Of a stretch of 64,000 nucleotides of DNA, positions 16,311 through 25,709 are shown one piece after another. This DNA comes from a virus. Taxonomy: Duplodnaviria; Heunggongvirae; Uroviricota; Caudoviricetes. Position numbers and translations under genes: made by a program. Position 1 is the stretch's first letter; each line of letters begins with the position of its first letter. The DNA lies in the IMG/VR virus record IMGVR_UViG_3300034157_000066; one strand, 5' to 3'. Below the pieces are notes generated by a model that was not told where the DNA came from, ran no database searches, and worked only from the letters and a program-made list of their open reading frames with translations.

Positions 16311-17255
16311 ATGTACATTAAAAAATTGCTCTTAGTTCCTGCACTTTCATTGTTAGGAATGAATTCTTTCGCAGAATATCAAATACAATATCCAGATGTT
16401 CCCGTTATCTTTAAAGATCTTGGTAAATGGGTTCCGGCTAATCCTATAATCTCTACTTGGGTTAATGTAGGCACTCCACATGATTGTCAAAGTGCTTCGC
16501 CACTTGAGAACACACAACAACTGGGTTTGTCATATGAAAAAACATTTTCAGGCTGCAAACAAGCACAAGAAAGAACTGTAACTACTTCTGAAAAACAGAC
16601 GTTTACAGGTGCTGTTCGTAATCAAGTGAGCACAAAAGAAACACAAGTGTTAACTAATGCTAGTTATAAAGTTAATTCTATTGGAACTACTGATTTTGGT
16701 CAATGGTTACAAACTGCTCCAGTTTATACAGGTTGGGTAAATCTTGAATCTCCACATGATTGTACAAGTGCTATACCACTTGAAAATACACAAACACTTA
16801 ATTCAACTTATGTAAAAACATTTTCTGGTTGCACACAGTCACAGGAACGCACTGTCACAACTTCTGAAAAGAATACTGTTACAGGTGTTGTTCGTAACGT
16901 AGTTAATACTAAGGAAAATCAAGTTCTCACTAATGTAACTTATACTGCAAATGCAATAGGAACAAAGGTTGTTAAAGAATGTGGTTACTCAGCAGTCAGT
17001 GGACATGCTTACAGATGGTATGATATTGCCACTTATGATGGTTATACAACTACTTATGGAATGGGGTTACAATGGGATGGTTCTACTAAAATTGATACCA
17101 CAAACATTAGTAAGACTTACCCTAAAGCAGCAACTTTTGTGAATGGTGGTTATACTTATACTCGCGGTGCATTTAAAGAAAAAGGTTCACATTATGACGG
17201 TCTACGTTCATACTATTATTACTATGAAGTGTGTAGAGAACCAATTGCACCATAA
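16311..17255 (+). CDS. secreted protein (314 aa) with two tandem copies of Cys-repeat and Cys-bounded aromatic C-terminal domain (...YYYEVCREPIAP)
   Basis: Signal peptide MYIKKLLLVPALSLLGMNSFA|EYQIQYPDVP; two ~95% similar repeats (PHDC.SA.PLENTQ.L...KTFSGC.Q.QERTVTTSEK.T.TG.VRN.V.TKE.QVLTN); start chosen at ATG 16311 (weak RBS); terminator 17262-17290. Confidence 0.7.
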   Translation: MYIKKLLLVPALSLLGMNSFAEYQIQYPDVPVIFKDLGKWVPANPIISTWVNVGTPHDCQSASPLENTQQLGLSYEKTFSGCKQAQERTVTTSEKQTFTGAVRNQVSTKETQVLTNASYKVNSIGTTDFGQWLQTAPVYTGWVNLESPHDCTSAIPLENTQTLNSTYVKTFSGCTQSQERTVTTSEKNTVTGVVRNVVNTKENQVLTNVTYTANAIGTKVVKECGYSAVSGHAYRWYDIATYDGYTTTYGMGLQWDGSTKIDTTNISKTYPKAATFVNGGYTYTRGAFKEKGSHYDGLRSYYYYYEVCREPIAP

Positions 17256-17381
17256 TTGAAAAACAAAAAGAAGCTTCGGCTTCTTTTTTCTTGCTTAAAA
17301 TAAGATTTTTAGGTATAATGACCTTATTGAAATCCACTATAAATATTGCCGAAAGGCATACTTTTAAAACGGAATATTAAC

Positions 17382-17882
17382 ATGACAGAAACTACAGCAG
17401 AATATCAGAAAATCCGCAGTGATGTGCTCAGCCACCTTCGCCGGAAAGGTTACTACACCCAACCCAGTGTTCGGGCGTATCCTGTCACCATTCAAGTCCT
17501 TAAAGATTTGATTGCAGAACGATTGGTTACTGAGAATGAGCAATACACTGGTAGTCAACGGTTGTTTAATTCCACTGATCTGATGCCTTCGACGGTGGTG
17601 GTTCGTAAGCAGTTTGGTCAAAATCTCAAAGCTGGTAATTATTTTGGTCATTCTGGTGAGTTTGTTTCTGCTTTGAATGAACGCTTTGATGAAGTTAATA
17701 ACAAAAGCTTTTTAAAAGTGGGTGTTGTTGCCGCTGTTGAAGTCAAATACATACCTAAGAACTTATGGGAAAAGCTGATTGGTCATAAGACTGAGCAGGC
17801 TGTTTTCATTACTTTGAATGATGGTAAAATCATCAAAACATTTTACAACAACATTTACCAAGTTGTTCGCACTCACCCCTAA
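17382..17882 (+). CDS. hypothetical protein (166 aa)
   Basis: Promoter ggTATAAT ~17313-17320; ATG 17382 (track start 17346 is TTG). Confidence 0.55.
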   Translation: MTETTAEYQKIRSDVLSHLRRKGYYTQPSVRAYPVTIQVLKDLIAERLVTENEQYTGSQRLFNSTDLMPSTVVVRKQFGQNLKAGNYFGHSGEFVSALNERFDEVNNKSFLKVGVVAAVEVKYIPKNLWEKLIGHKTEQAVFITLNDGKIIKTFYNNIYQVVRTHP

Positions 17883-17949
17883 ATAAAAGACTTGCCTGAA
17901 AACAAGATTTTTGCTAATATAGCGTTATCAAAATCAAGGAGTTACAAAC

Positions 17950-18354
17950 ATGCATCCAGTAGACGCCCAACTCATTAAAGACCACGGCAATGTTTCCGAT
18001 GACTATGAGACTTGGGTTTCCAGTAACGGTGTCGATGACTTCGTTAAAACCGAATTTACGTGCGGCAATTGCTTCATGCTTGCTTTGGCACTCCACTACA
18101 AAACTCAGTGGCCTATCAAGGCTAAAATGATTGATGGTGATGTTGTTCACTGCTACGTTGTGAACCCAGACGGTAAAGCGGTTGATATTTACGGTGTCCG
18201 TCCTACTGAACAGGCTCCGACTCGTTATGACGCGGACTTGACAGAAGGCTTCACGGTTATCGACGCTCGCCCAGAAACGCCTTGGCCTTCGAACAAAGAC
18301 TACCAGTGGGCAGAAGAACTGGTAAGCAAGTTCCCGGCTCACTTCGGTCTGTAA
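17950..18354 (+). CDS. hypothetical protein (134 aa)
   Basis: RBS caAGGAGttacaaacATG; terminator gacgcctttcgaggcgttttttt ~18371-18393. Confidence 0.65.
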   Translation: MHPVDAQLIKDHGNVSDDYETWVSSNGVDDFVKTEFTCGNCFMLALALHYKTQWPIKAKMIDGDVVHCYVVNPDGKAVDIYGVRPTEQAPTRYDADLTEGFTVIDARPETPWPSNKDYQWAEELVSKFPAHFGL

Positions 18355-18483
18355 TTCAATTTGTCAAAAGACGCCTTTCGAGGCGTTTTTTTCCTCTAAC
18401 TCATCAAAATATTTAAAATAAGTGTTGTTCATCAGATTGTTATTCGGTATAATTCACACATTAACTAGAACGGAATAAATACT

Positions 18484-18768
18484 ATGCAAACCACTATCAA
18501 GTTCAAAGAAAACGCTGACCAAACCAAACTGAAATCTATCAAGGTTTCCAGCGACCAATTCCATGAAATGTCGGATACTCAGCAAATCATGGTAGACATT
18601 CGCCAGTTGGTATTGAAAACCGTTGATCAGACTGTTCCTGACTATGCTGATAAGTTGGTCATCGAAGACCTTGAAACGGCTGCAAACAAAATTCGTCTGC
18701 ACTTCGTTGATATGCGTCAATACATGCTTAAAGACGAAGATTTGGCTGACAATAGCGATTACCTGTAA
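18484..18768 (+). CDS. hypothetical protein (94 aa)
   Basis: Promoter cggTATAAT ~18444-18452. Confidence 0.55.
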   Translation: MQTTIKFKENADQTKLKSIKVSSDQFHEMSDTQQIMVDIRQLVLKTVDQTVPDYADKLVIEDLETAANKIRLHFVDMRQYMLKDEDLADNSDYL

Positions 18769-18805
18769 TCGCTTTTAACCCTCTCATTTTCTGTATAGGT
18801 GTACT

Positions 18806-19330
18806 ATGAATCAGCCAGATATTCAACTTGTCACATCCAAAATCACCATGCTCTTGAAGGTTGTTGAAAATATCCAAGGCGTTAGTCTGAAAGGGTGTTT
18901 CTTGGACATTGCTAAATTGCGTGGCTTTTTGGCTGACTCTGATTATTCCAGTGCGTTGTCTTATGTTATCCATACACAAGAAACCATCGCAAGTTTCAAA
19001 CCTCATTTGGACATTGTTCAGATTTTTGAAAAAATTGAACGATATCTTTTGATTAACCTGCTTTATTTTGAACGTTATTATCAACAAGATATGGCTTATA
19101 TTGTTATTGATACTTACGAAGCAGTTTCTCGTTACTCTCGAGAGTTCCAACTGGCAATGGAATATGAAGATACAGAGATTAAACGCAAAGCATTGAACGA
19201 AGTGATTGAAGGTCTTCAGGCCGATCCCTTCAAAGGCAGTGACATGATTATCACGTTGATTAATCTTCTTCTGGATTCCAACGAACGAGTAGGTCCACTG
19301 CTGAGCCGTGTTAATAAGGATTTAGCTTAA
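18806..19330 (+). CDS. hypothetical protein (174 aa)
   Basis: RBS tatAGGTGtactATG. Confidence 0.6.
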   Translation: MNQPDIQLVTSKITMLLKVVENIQGVSLKGCFLDIAKLRGFLADSDYSSALSYVIHTQETIASFKPHLDIVQIFEKIERYLLINLLYFERYYQQDMAYIVIDTYEAVSRYSREFQLAMEYEDTEIKRKALNEVIEGLQADPFKGSDMIITLINLLLDSNERVGPLLSRVNKDLA

Positions 19331-19436
19331 TATCATTGTCGAATAGATTGATTTTTTTATTCTAAAAACTTGTTTATGATAGGTGACAGTGTTATAATTG
19401 TCTCTCTTAAACGAAATCAACCAAGGATACAAGACC

Positions 19437-19664
19437 ATGAAAGAATTGACCTCCTTCGAATTCTACAAAGCCCGTCAAGAACTGCCAGTCGGTGCTTATC
19501 GCGTTATTGAAGAAGATGAAACTGTCAGTATTGCAGTGGTTGAATCTCACGATATTAAATGGTTTGACGAAGACGAATATCTTGAAATTGAACGCCGCGA
19601 ATGTGAAGATCGCATGTGGGCTAATGATGGCATGGACTTGATTTACGGCTGCGAAGAAGACTAA
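19437..19664 (+). CDS. hypothetical acidic protein (75 aa)
   Basis: Promoter tgTTATAAT 19391-19399; RBS ccAAGGATACaagaccATG; track ORF 19398 trimmed. Confidence 0.65.
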   Translation: MKELTSFEFYKARQELPVGAYRVIEEDETVSIAVVESHDIKWFDEDEYLEIERRECEDRMWANDGMDLIYGCEED

Positions 19665-19760
19665 TTTAAGAAACAAATTGAAAAAGCTCAGAAATGGGCT
19701 TTTTTTTCGTCTCTAATACTGCTATACTTGCGTTATCAAAACTTATTAAGGAAAACATTC

Positions 19761-20393
19761 ATGTCGCTTACTCAAATCATTGAAGCTGTTCAGGCATCTC
19801 AGAAAACCCAACAAGAAATCCGTTCACAGTTGCTGCCAGTTTCTGATGCTCAAACGGTGTTCTTTGATGATCAAGACACTACCATCTCTTTGCTGGAAAT
19901 AGCCGAATCCCTGAGTTGTTCGGATGATTCTGGTTTGTCTGATAAAGCTGTTGACATGCGTGATGAAATTGTCGCTTTGTTGAAAGCTTATAATGATGAA
20001 GTGGAAGAATGTGTTAAAGAAAATAGCACTTACAATGCCGGTATTCATGGCAAAGAACGTCTTGAAGTGCTGAACATGGAAAAAATTGTAGCGACTGCTC
20101 AAGAAAAAGCATTGACCATGAAAGTGCAAATCAACACCCTCAAATTTACAGATGAACACATGAAGGCGTTCCGCGAAATTTATTTCGAACTCGGTGTTAC
20201 TCACTTCTTGAAAGAAGAACTCCGTGATGTGATCTACTTCGACCCAAAAGTAAGCCCTTATCTGCGAGATCTTATTGCAGAACGCTTCTTGGTGCGGTTT
20301 CCTGACTATGTAAATCCAAAAGGTTATATGAATGTGACTTCCGTTGACTTCATTAACCACCTTGAACGTATTCAGAAGGCTGCTGTTAATTAA
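19761..20393 (+). CDS. hypothetical protein (210 aa); member of 4-gene family with (I/V)(Y/V)Y(F/Y)(D/N)P motif
   Basis: RBS ttAAGGAaaacattcATG; ...LG(V/F)THF....RD(V/I)IYFDP; related to 21320, 44997, 45778 products; terminator 20414-20440. Confidence 0.65.
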   Translation: MSLTQIIEAVQASQKTQQEIRSQLLPVSDAQTVFFDDQDTTISLLEIAESLSCSDDSGLSDKAVDMRDEIVALLKAYNDEVEECVKENSTYNAGIHGKERLEVLNMEKIVATAQEKALTMKVQINTLKFTDEHMKAFREIYFELGVTHFLKEELRDVIYFDPKVSPYLRDLIAERFLVRFPDYVNPKGYMNVTSVDFINHLERIQKAAVN

Positions 20394-20413
20394 AAGAATA
20401 CATGTATCAATTA

Positions 20414-20440
20414 AAGGGCTTCGGCCCTTTTTTTTATTTC
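20414..20440 (+). terminator. rho-independent terminator (CUUCGG hairpin)
   Basis: aagggcttcggcccttttttttat. Confidence 0.75.
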
Positions 20441-20479
20441 TAATTTATGGTATATTACACGTCTTAATGGGAGATTTTT

Positions 20480-20716
20480 ATGTCAAATAATGGTTGGACA
20501 GAGGTTGTTCCACAAGAAGTTGGTTCATATTACTTCTATGGTGATATTTCGTTTAAAAAAGATGATCCAAATTTTAAAGCAGAACTTTCAATTTTACACA
20601 TCCATAAAATTTCGAATGGCATCATGCATGTGATTGCGGGTCAGTTCTTTTTTCCTGATGACAACGGTGGTTATGGTTTGTTTAAAAAAGTTGATTTGGA
20701 TCTTCCAAAGTTGTAA
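20480..20716 (+). CDS. hypothetical protein (78 aa)
   Basis: Promoter tggTATATT ~20447, RBS tGGGAGatttttATG. Confidence 0.6.
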   Translation: MSNNGWTEVVPQEVGSYYFYGDISFKKDDPNFKAELSILHIHKISNGIMHVIAGQFFFPDDNGGYGLFKKVDLDLPKL

Positions 20717-20743
20717 GACGCATTTAACTTAGGAGTTATTGTT

Positions 20744-21238
20744 ATGTTAGAAGTCATTAAAAATTCTATGATTACAAGTTATTCAAGCATGTTAAAAACT
20801 CCTGATATGTCTTTGGTTATTGGCGATTTATCCAATAATGAGTTTGATATTGTTACTCTTGAAGAACTTTCCACGTTATTTGAAGAAGATAATGGTCAAG
20901 ACTTGATGTTAGGGCTATTTGATCACGCAGTTGCAACAGATGTATTTAAGTTGTTTACAAGTGAAACTTATTTGAACGCATTAGAAGGTTCGGGTGATTT
21001 GGTGTTTGTTGGTCGCTATCATTTGGGTGAGCAAGACCTTATTATTTGGTCTGAAACCAATGCTACTGGTCAGGAATTACTTTCAGAACAGTTTGAAGTT
21101 CTTCATGATTTTATCTATATTTCTAGTTTTTTTGTGAATAAAGCTATGTTGGATGATAAAACAAATGAATTCAATGATAATTTCATTGAATGCCCTCAAA
21201 TTAAAGAAGCTTTGTATAAAGTCATTCTTGACGAATAA
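20744..21238 (+). CDS. hypothetical acidic protein (164 aa)
   Basis: RBS ttAGGAGttattgttATG. Confidence 0.6.
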   Translation: MLEVIKNSMITSYSSMLKTPDMSLVIGDLSNNEFDIVTLEELSTLFEEDNGQDLMLGLFDHAVATDVFKLFTSETYLNALEGSGDLVFVGRYHLGEQDLIIWSETNATGQELLSEQFEVLHDFIYISSFFVNKAMLDDKTNEFNDNFIECPQIKEALYKVILDE

Positions 21239-21319
21239 TGGTAATTTGAAAAAAAGCTGTTTAAAAATCAATTTTTTGTGCTATAATAGCTTCACTTAAA
21301 TATAAACAGGATTTTCCAA

Positions 21320-21952
21320 ATGAACGCCCAAAAAGCTCAACAACTCGCCAAAGATACCGCAGTTAAAATTGATAACCTTCAAGACAATCGGCTTCCGGTT
21401 GTTGAAGTTTTGGATATTTATGCCGAAGATGGTTTTGTGATCGGGTCTGCAGAAATCCTTGAAGCTTTCACCAAGTTCAATACTCAAAACCTTCCGAAAC
21501 GAGTTGAAGAACTGAAAAAGTCGATTATTGCTTCCATGAACGAGATGAACAAGCTTGTTGAGGCAGAAAAGGCCAAAGTGACCTTGCATAACCAAAAGAT
21601 TGATTTGGAAGTGGGCAGCCTGACGGCCACTCTGTTGGACAACATCCGTGATGTGCCTGAAAGCCGATTGACTCGAAAACTTCGGATTGGTAAAAAAATC
21701 ATTTCAGAAGCGGATCAGCCACTTTTGAAAGAAGCTTATCGAAACCTTGGATTCAAACATATCTCCATTGAACCAATCAGTGACTATATCTACTTTGATC
21801 CAGAAGCTGATGAAATCCGTCAACCGTTTCTGAGAGAGTTTCATCGTCTGACTGATAACAAATATCCTTCACTCAGTCAGTATGTTCAATATGATAATTC
21901 TCGGATTGAAAATATGGATGTGCTGTTGCATGTGGTTGGACTGAACACCTAA
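21320..21952 (+). CDS. hypothetical protein (210 aa); 4-gene family member
   Basis: Promoter tgcTATAAT ~21281-21289; ...YRNLGFKHISIEPISDYIYFDPE...; terminator aaaggggcttctgctccttttt ~21970. Confidence 0.65.
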   Translation: MNAQKAQQLAKDTAVKIDNLQDNRLPVVEVLDIYAEDGFVIGSAEILEAFTKFNTQNLPKRVEELKKSIIASMNEMNKLVEAEKAKVTLHNQKIDLEVGSLTATLLDNIRDVPESRLTRKLRIGKKIISEADQPLLKEAYRNLGFKHISIEPISDYIYFDPEADEIRQPFLREFHRLTDNKYPSLSQYVQYDNSRIENMDVLLHVVGLNT

Positions 21953-22088
21953 TCAGTCATTATGTAGTAAAAGGGGCTTCTGCTCCTTTTTGCATTTTTC
22001 CGTAATATAATACAGTTTTTGTTGATAGTTTTTTGTGTTTGGTGTATAATCAGGTTTCTTTCTTAAAACATATTTTTTGGAGTTTCAC

Positions 22089-22613
22089 ATGGCTAATAAA
22101 ACAATCAAGGCAACATTGATTATCGAAGACAAAAACATTAGTGTTGACGAACTCAACGATCTGTTTTCCGGTGCGACCAACAAGATCAAAGGATTGAGCT
22201 TCTTGCTCAGGGATCAAGCCCACAAAGCAAATACGCTCTGTAAATATCTGTTGACGGCGATTAAGGATGATAAATCAGCCGCCATCGAAATTGACGAAAT
22301 CGACATGCCAAAGTCGCTGCCTGCCATTGTGAAGCTGGCCGCAAAAGTCGGTAACAAAATTGACCCTGCTGTTTACCGTGAACCCCACGATATTTTCTGC
22401 CGAGAGCTTGAAAAAGCAGATGTTGTTTATGTTTGCACTCATTTCTTGGGCATGAAACTGTTTGTCACTCGTATGGAAGATACGAAAGGCGAGCAAAAAG
22501 GGCGTCACAACAAAGAATGGCTCGAAAACTTTGTTGATATTAACTTCAACAAAGATCGTAAAGGCTTGTGCCTTGATGTAAGTGCGGTTTTCCTGAGTTC
22601 TCAACCCGAGTAA
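22089..22613 (+). CDS. hypothetical protein (174 aa)
   Basis: Promoter gtgTATAAT ~22043-22051, RBS tttGGAGtttcacATG; track ORF 22077 trimmed. Confidence 0.6.
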   Translation: MANKTIKATLIIEDKNISVDELNDLFSGATNKIKGLSFLLRDQAHKANTLCKYLLTAIKDDKSAAIEIDEIDMPKSLPAIVKLAAKVGNKIDPAVYREPHDIFCRELEKADVVYVCTHFLGMKLFVTRMEDTKGEQKGRHNKEWLENFVDINFNKDRKGLCLDVSAVFLSSQPE

Positions 22614-22687
22614 TTGGTTGACGATTTTTTCAAAAAACTGTATAATCAAGGAGATCTTCGGATCTCCTTTTTTTTGAGATTAAAATT

Positions 22688-23152
22688 ATGAACTTACAAC
22701 TTAGACACCGTTGTCTTCAGTTTGAAACGGAAGGGACTATTGTTTACGACCCCGACCGTGGAACCATGAAGAAAAACATTGAACATTGGGCTGTTATCAC
22801 GATAGAACCGGATATCGCGGCCTACTATCGCCATCAGTTTTATCAACGGTATGGTATCGAGTTGGATAAACCTAACTGGGATGTTCATTGCTCAGTGCTG
22901 AAAGGGTATACCAATACAGATACATCTAAGCCGTGGGGCTGGCTTGACCAACAACCTGTTGAACTGCATTACACCCATGAATTGTTCTGGAATGATTCGC
23001 ATGTGTGGATAAACTGTTATTCAGCCGAGTTTTTCAAAATTCGTGAATACTATAACGTGTTGGGCACAGACCAAGGCCATATCACTATTGGGAAGTTTAA
23101 GCATTATCAAAAAGACAGGCTAAAACCCTTCAAAAACTACGTTCCAGATTGA
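22688..23152 (+). CDS. putative 2H phosphoesterase family protein (154 aa), Acb1-like candidate
   Basis: Two H-x-S/T-x motifs (HCSVL at aa 67, HITIG at aa 131) spaced ~64 aa apart as in LigT/2H phosphoesterases; size matches ~150-aa phage 2H enzymes; promoter ctgTATAAT ~22641; terminator hairpin before it. Confidence 0.4.
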   Translation: MNLQLRHRCLQFETEGTIVYDPDRGTMKKNIEHWAVITIEPDIAAYYRHQFYQRYGIELDKPNWDVHCSVLKGYTNTDTSKPWGWLDQQPVELHYTHELFWNDSHVWINCYSAEFFKIREYYNVLGTDQGHITIGKFKHYQKDRLKPFKNYVPD

Positions 23153-23200
23153 TTTATTTCTAAGTTTTTGCTATAATCAAAGCCTACTTGGAGTGTTCCC

Positions 23201-23572
23201 ATGATCAAACAAATTAAAGACAGCGTTCCTAATGAACTCTCGGAAGAATACCTGTCTCCAAAATCTATTTTTCTGGCGGTCGCTTTGTGGCGAACGTTTG
23301 GCGGTGAAATCCAAATTCGCACGGAAGATGATTTGTCGATAAAAAATATCGAACATGCGTGGCTGTCTCTGGATGGTTGCCAAATCGACATTGATGGAGC
23401 TTATCCACCTATCGTAGCACTTGATGAAAGTGATGAAGACCTTGTGTTAGGTTTAGACGAAACCACGGCCCTTGAGTTTGTGAGAACACTCGTTGAAATC
23501 AGTGATAAAGAATGGGAAAAAGAAGTTAAAAAAGCCATTAAAATTGTTAAACGTTGCTATATTGAGGAATAA
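23201..23572 (+). CDS. hypothetical acidic protein (123 aa)
   Basis: Promoter tgcTATAAT ~23170-23178, RBS ttGGAGtgttcccATG. Confidence 0.6.
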   Translation: MIKQIKDSVPNELSEEYLSPKSIFLAVALWRTFGGEIQIRTEDDLSIKNIEHAWLSLDGCQIDIDGAYPPIVALDESDEDLVLGLDETTALEFVRTLVEISDKEWEKEVKKAIKIVKRCYIEE

Positions 23573-23574
23573 AA

Positions 23575-23997
23575 ATGATCATTCTTTTGCAAATTATGCT
23601 GTTGCGATTGTTCATTTTCATGAAGTTGAAAACAGAGGTCGAGTTTTCATACTTGAACACTGATTTTTTCAGGCGAGTAGGTTGTCGGATTAAATTTAAC
23701 AGAACAACCAGCCAACCTGTTATTCATCCTTCATCTGGCAAGGTGTTGTATTATAAATATGATCATAACTCCTTGACGATTACTCTTTTTAAAGGTGGCA
23801 TGGTGGTTGACCACTGGAAAGGTGATAAATTGTATACTTATCACAGTGTTGACTTCCAGTCATTGAACTCATCAAGTGCTTTTGTTAAAATTAGATACAT
23901 GAGTTCGTTTTATGTAAAATTTGTGGAAACGATTTTACACACCATGCAAAAAAAAGATGAAAAAGTGCTTGAACTCGATGTAAAAAATTCTGTATAA
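23575..23997 (+). CDS. hypothetical protein with N-terminal hydrophobic segment (140 aa)
   Basis: RBS GAGGAataaaaATG overlapping upstream stop (coupled). Confidence 0.5.
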   Translation: MIILLQIMLLRLFIFMKLKTEVEFSYLNTDFFRRVGCRIKFNRTTSQPVIHPSSGKVLYYKYDHNSLTITLFKGGMVVDHWKGDKLYTYHSVDFQSLNSSSAFVKIRYMSSFYVKFVETILHTMQKKDEKVLELDVKNSV

Positions 23998-24132
23998 TAA
24001 CCACTCACTTGGGCTGAAAAGCCCTTCGTATAAAGCTTCATCGCAAGTGCTAAGTAGCAGAGAACAATAACAAAACCTGCCTATTGAATACGACAAAACT
24101 GCCGATATTTATTCTCAGACAGGAGATTCACC

Positions 24133-24285
24133 ATGCTTAAAACCAAACGTATGCTTTTATTATTCCTTGCCTTGGGCTTTACTGGGGGTGGGGATCACCA
24201 TCAACACCATGACCGATCACCTTCGCAATCTAAGGTTCGTCGGTGGTCTTCACTGCACTACAAAAACAAACATTCGCAGCATTAA
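24133..24285 (+). CDS. small secreted/His-rich peptide (50 aa), not in ORF track
   Basis: Strong RBS acAGGAGAttcaccATG; MLKTKRMLLLFLALGFTGGGDHHQHHDRSPSQSKVRRWSSLHYKNKHSQH. Confidence 0.45.
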   Translation: MLKTKRMLLLFLALGFTGGGDHHQHHDRSPSQSKVRRWSSLHYKNKHSQH

Positions 24286-24337
24286 ATCTAATTTTTCTGT
24301 TGTATCTAAGCCAAATACTTGGTATAATTAACCCATC

Positions 24338-24379
24338 GAAGCAGCAAGGGGCGAGCAACCCAATAAGCCTTTCCCCTTG
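24338..24379 (+). promoter_or_regulatory. conserved structured 5'-leader motif (copy A) upstream of lipoprotein gene
   Basis: gaagcagcaaggggcgagcaacccaataagcctttccccttg: 7-bp stem caagggg/ccccttg with 22-nt loop; near-identical copy at 53712-53753. Confidence 0.5.
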
Positions 24380-24422
24380 CGATTGCTCATTCGACCTTAA
24401 TTGAAACGAGAAGGATACGACC

Positions 24423-24761
24423 ATGAAAGTAATGAAAATTGTTTTTGCTGCTGTTGCCCTTGTAATGATGACTGGCTGCATGTCAACCTCTCAGTATGGC
24501 TCCTACAAAGAACGTCAAATTGAACGCAAGTGCATCGTGAATGCTGACAAACAAGCTCAAAATGCCTACATTCGCCGTCAAACTGATGTTCGGTTTGCAG
24601 ACTCTCAGAAGGAAGCCATGCGAGCTAACCAAATGTTTCAGAAAAAGATTGCCAGTATTGAAACCAGCAAAGACCGTTGTTTATCCAATGGTCAGCGTCG
24701 GGTCTTTGAAGAACAGCTTCGCCGCACGACTAACCGCATGTATAACCGTAGCTACTACTGA
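24423..24761 (+). CDS. putative lipoprotein (112 aa)
   Basis: MKVMKIVFAAVALVMMTGC lipobox-like; RBS gAAGGATACgaccATG; ~100-nt structured leader from tggTATAAT ~24320. Confidence 0.6.
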   Translation: MKVMKIVFAAVALVMMTGCMSTSQYGSYKERQIERKCIVNADKQAQNAYIRRQTDVRFADSQKEAMRANQMFQKKIASIETSKDRCLSNGQRRVFEEQLRRTTNRMYNRSYY

Positions 24762-24856
24762 CAGTAGACAGCTTAAAAAAAGCCCGCCAAGTGCGGGTTT
24801 TTTGTTTATCTTTTTTAAGTTTTATGGTATAATTTGACAAATTTTGGAGGTTAATC

Positions 24857-25156
24857 ATGCCTTATCATACTGCAGCACCTACCAAAGCCGTTATTCATGA
24901 ATCCTATAAACTGGTTTTTGAAGCTAATGGCTATACCGCTTATGAGTGGAGTGGTCGCCTATTCCTTTATCGTAAAGGTCTTTCGTTGGCTCAACTGGTT
25001 AATGGTTTTGAAAGCTTGAAGAAAAGTTATCGAAATAGCTTTGAAATCTGGATCGACAAAGTGAAAGAAAAGGATCTCGCCAAAATTGAAAGCATTAAGG
25101 CTGATATGGCGTTGATGATTAAAGATTGCGAAACCATTTTGGATGTTCATTCTTAA
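24857..25156 (+). CDS. hypothetical protein (99 aa)
   Basis: Promoter tggTATAAT ~24824, RBS ttGGAGGttaatcATG. Confidence 0.65.
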   Translation: MPYHTAAPTKAVIHESYKLVFEANGYTAYEWSGRLFLYRKGLSLAQLVNGFESLKKSYRNSFEIWIDKVKEKDLAKIESIKADMALMIKDCETILDVHS

Positions 25157-25234
25157 TCATTTTTAAGGTTTTATTGTCTTTTAATCAGATAACGTGTATA
25201 ATTCATTCATTAATTGATTTGAAGGCGATTAGAA

Positions 25235-25645
25235 ATGCTCACAGTTAAAGACATTCGTAGTATTTACCCAGCTAAAATAGCTTACACAGAACATAATATG
25301 ATTCGTGCAAACATTGCATTGGATTTTATGTGGGAAGAACGCTGTGCTGAGCGTGGGGTTAACTACAATGGTGATCGGTCTGGTAGCTGTAAGTTTGCCG
25401 CTTTGCTCTCTCGTAGCCTGTTCGGTGGCCGTTTAGTGGGCAATCAAGAGCATGTTTTCACTGTCAGTGGTTGTGACATTATCGATCTCAACATTGTTCA
25501 AAAAGACGTGATTGACTTAAATCATTTGGCTCATGTTCGACTTGATCAAGAGTTGATCCATAAAGATTATCGAGATGCCTTGACTTCATGCCTGCCCCGT
25601 GTCCATAAATGGGAACAATGGGTGTTGGATGGTTTGAAGAAATAA
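25235..25645 (+). CDS. hypothetical protein (136 aa)
   Basis: Promoter gtgTATAAT ~25194-25202. Confidence 0.55.
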   Translation: MLTVKDIRSIYPAKIAYTEHNMIRANIALDFMWEERCAERGVNYNGDRSGSCKFAALLSRSLFGGRLVGNQEHVFTVSGCDIIDLNIVQKDVIDLNHLAHVRLDQELIHKDYRDALTSCLPRVHKWEQWVLDGLKK

Positions 25646-25709
25646 CTAGACTATAATCCAGTTTTTTGGTAAAATACACCTATCATAACGACATAAAGGA
25701 TACGCCACC

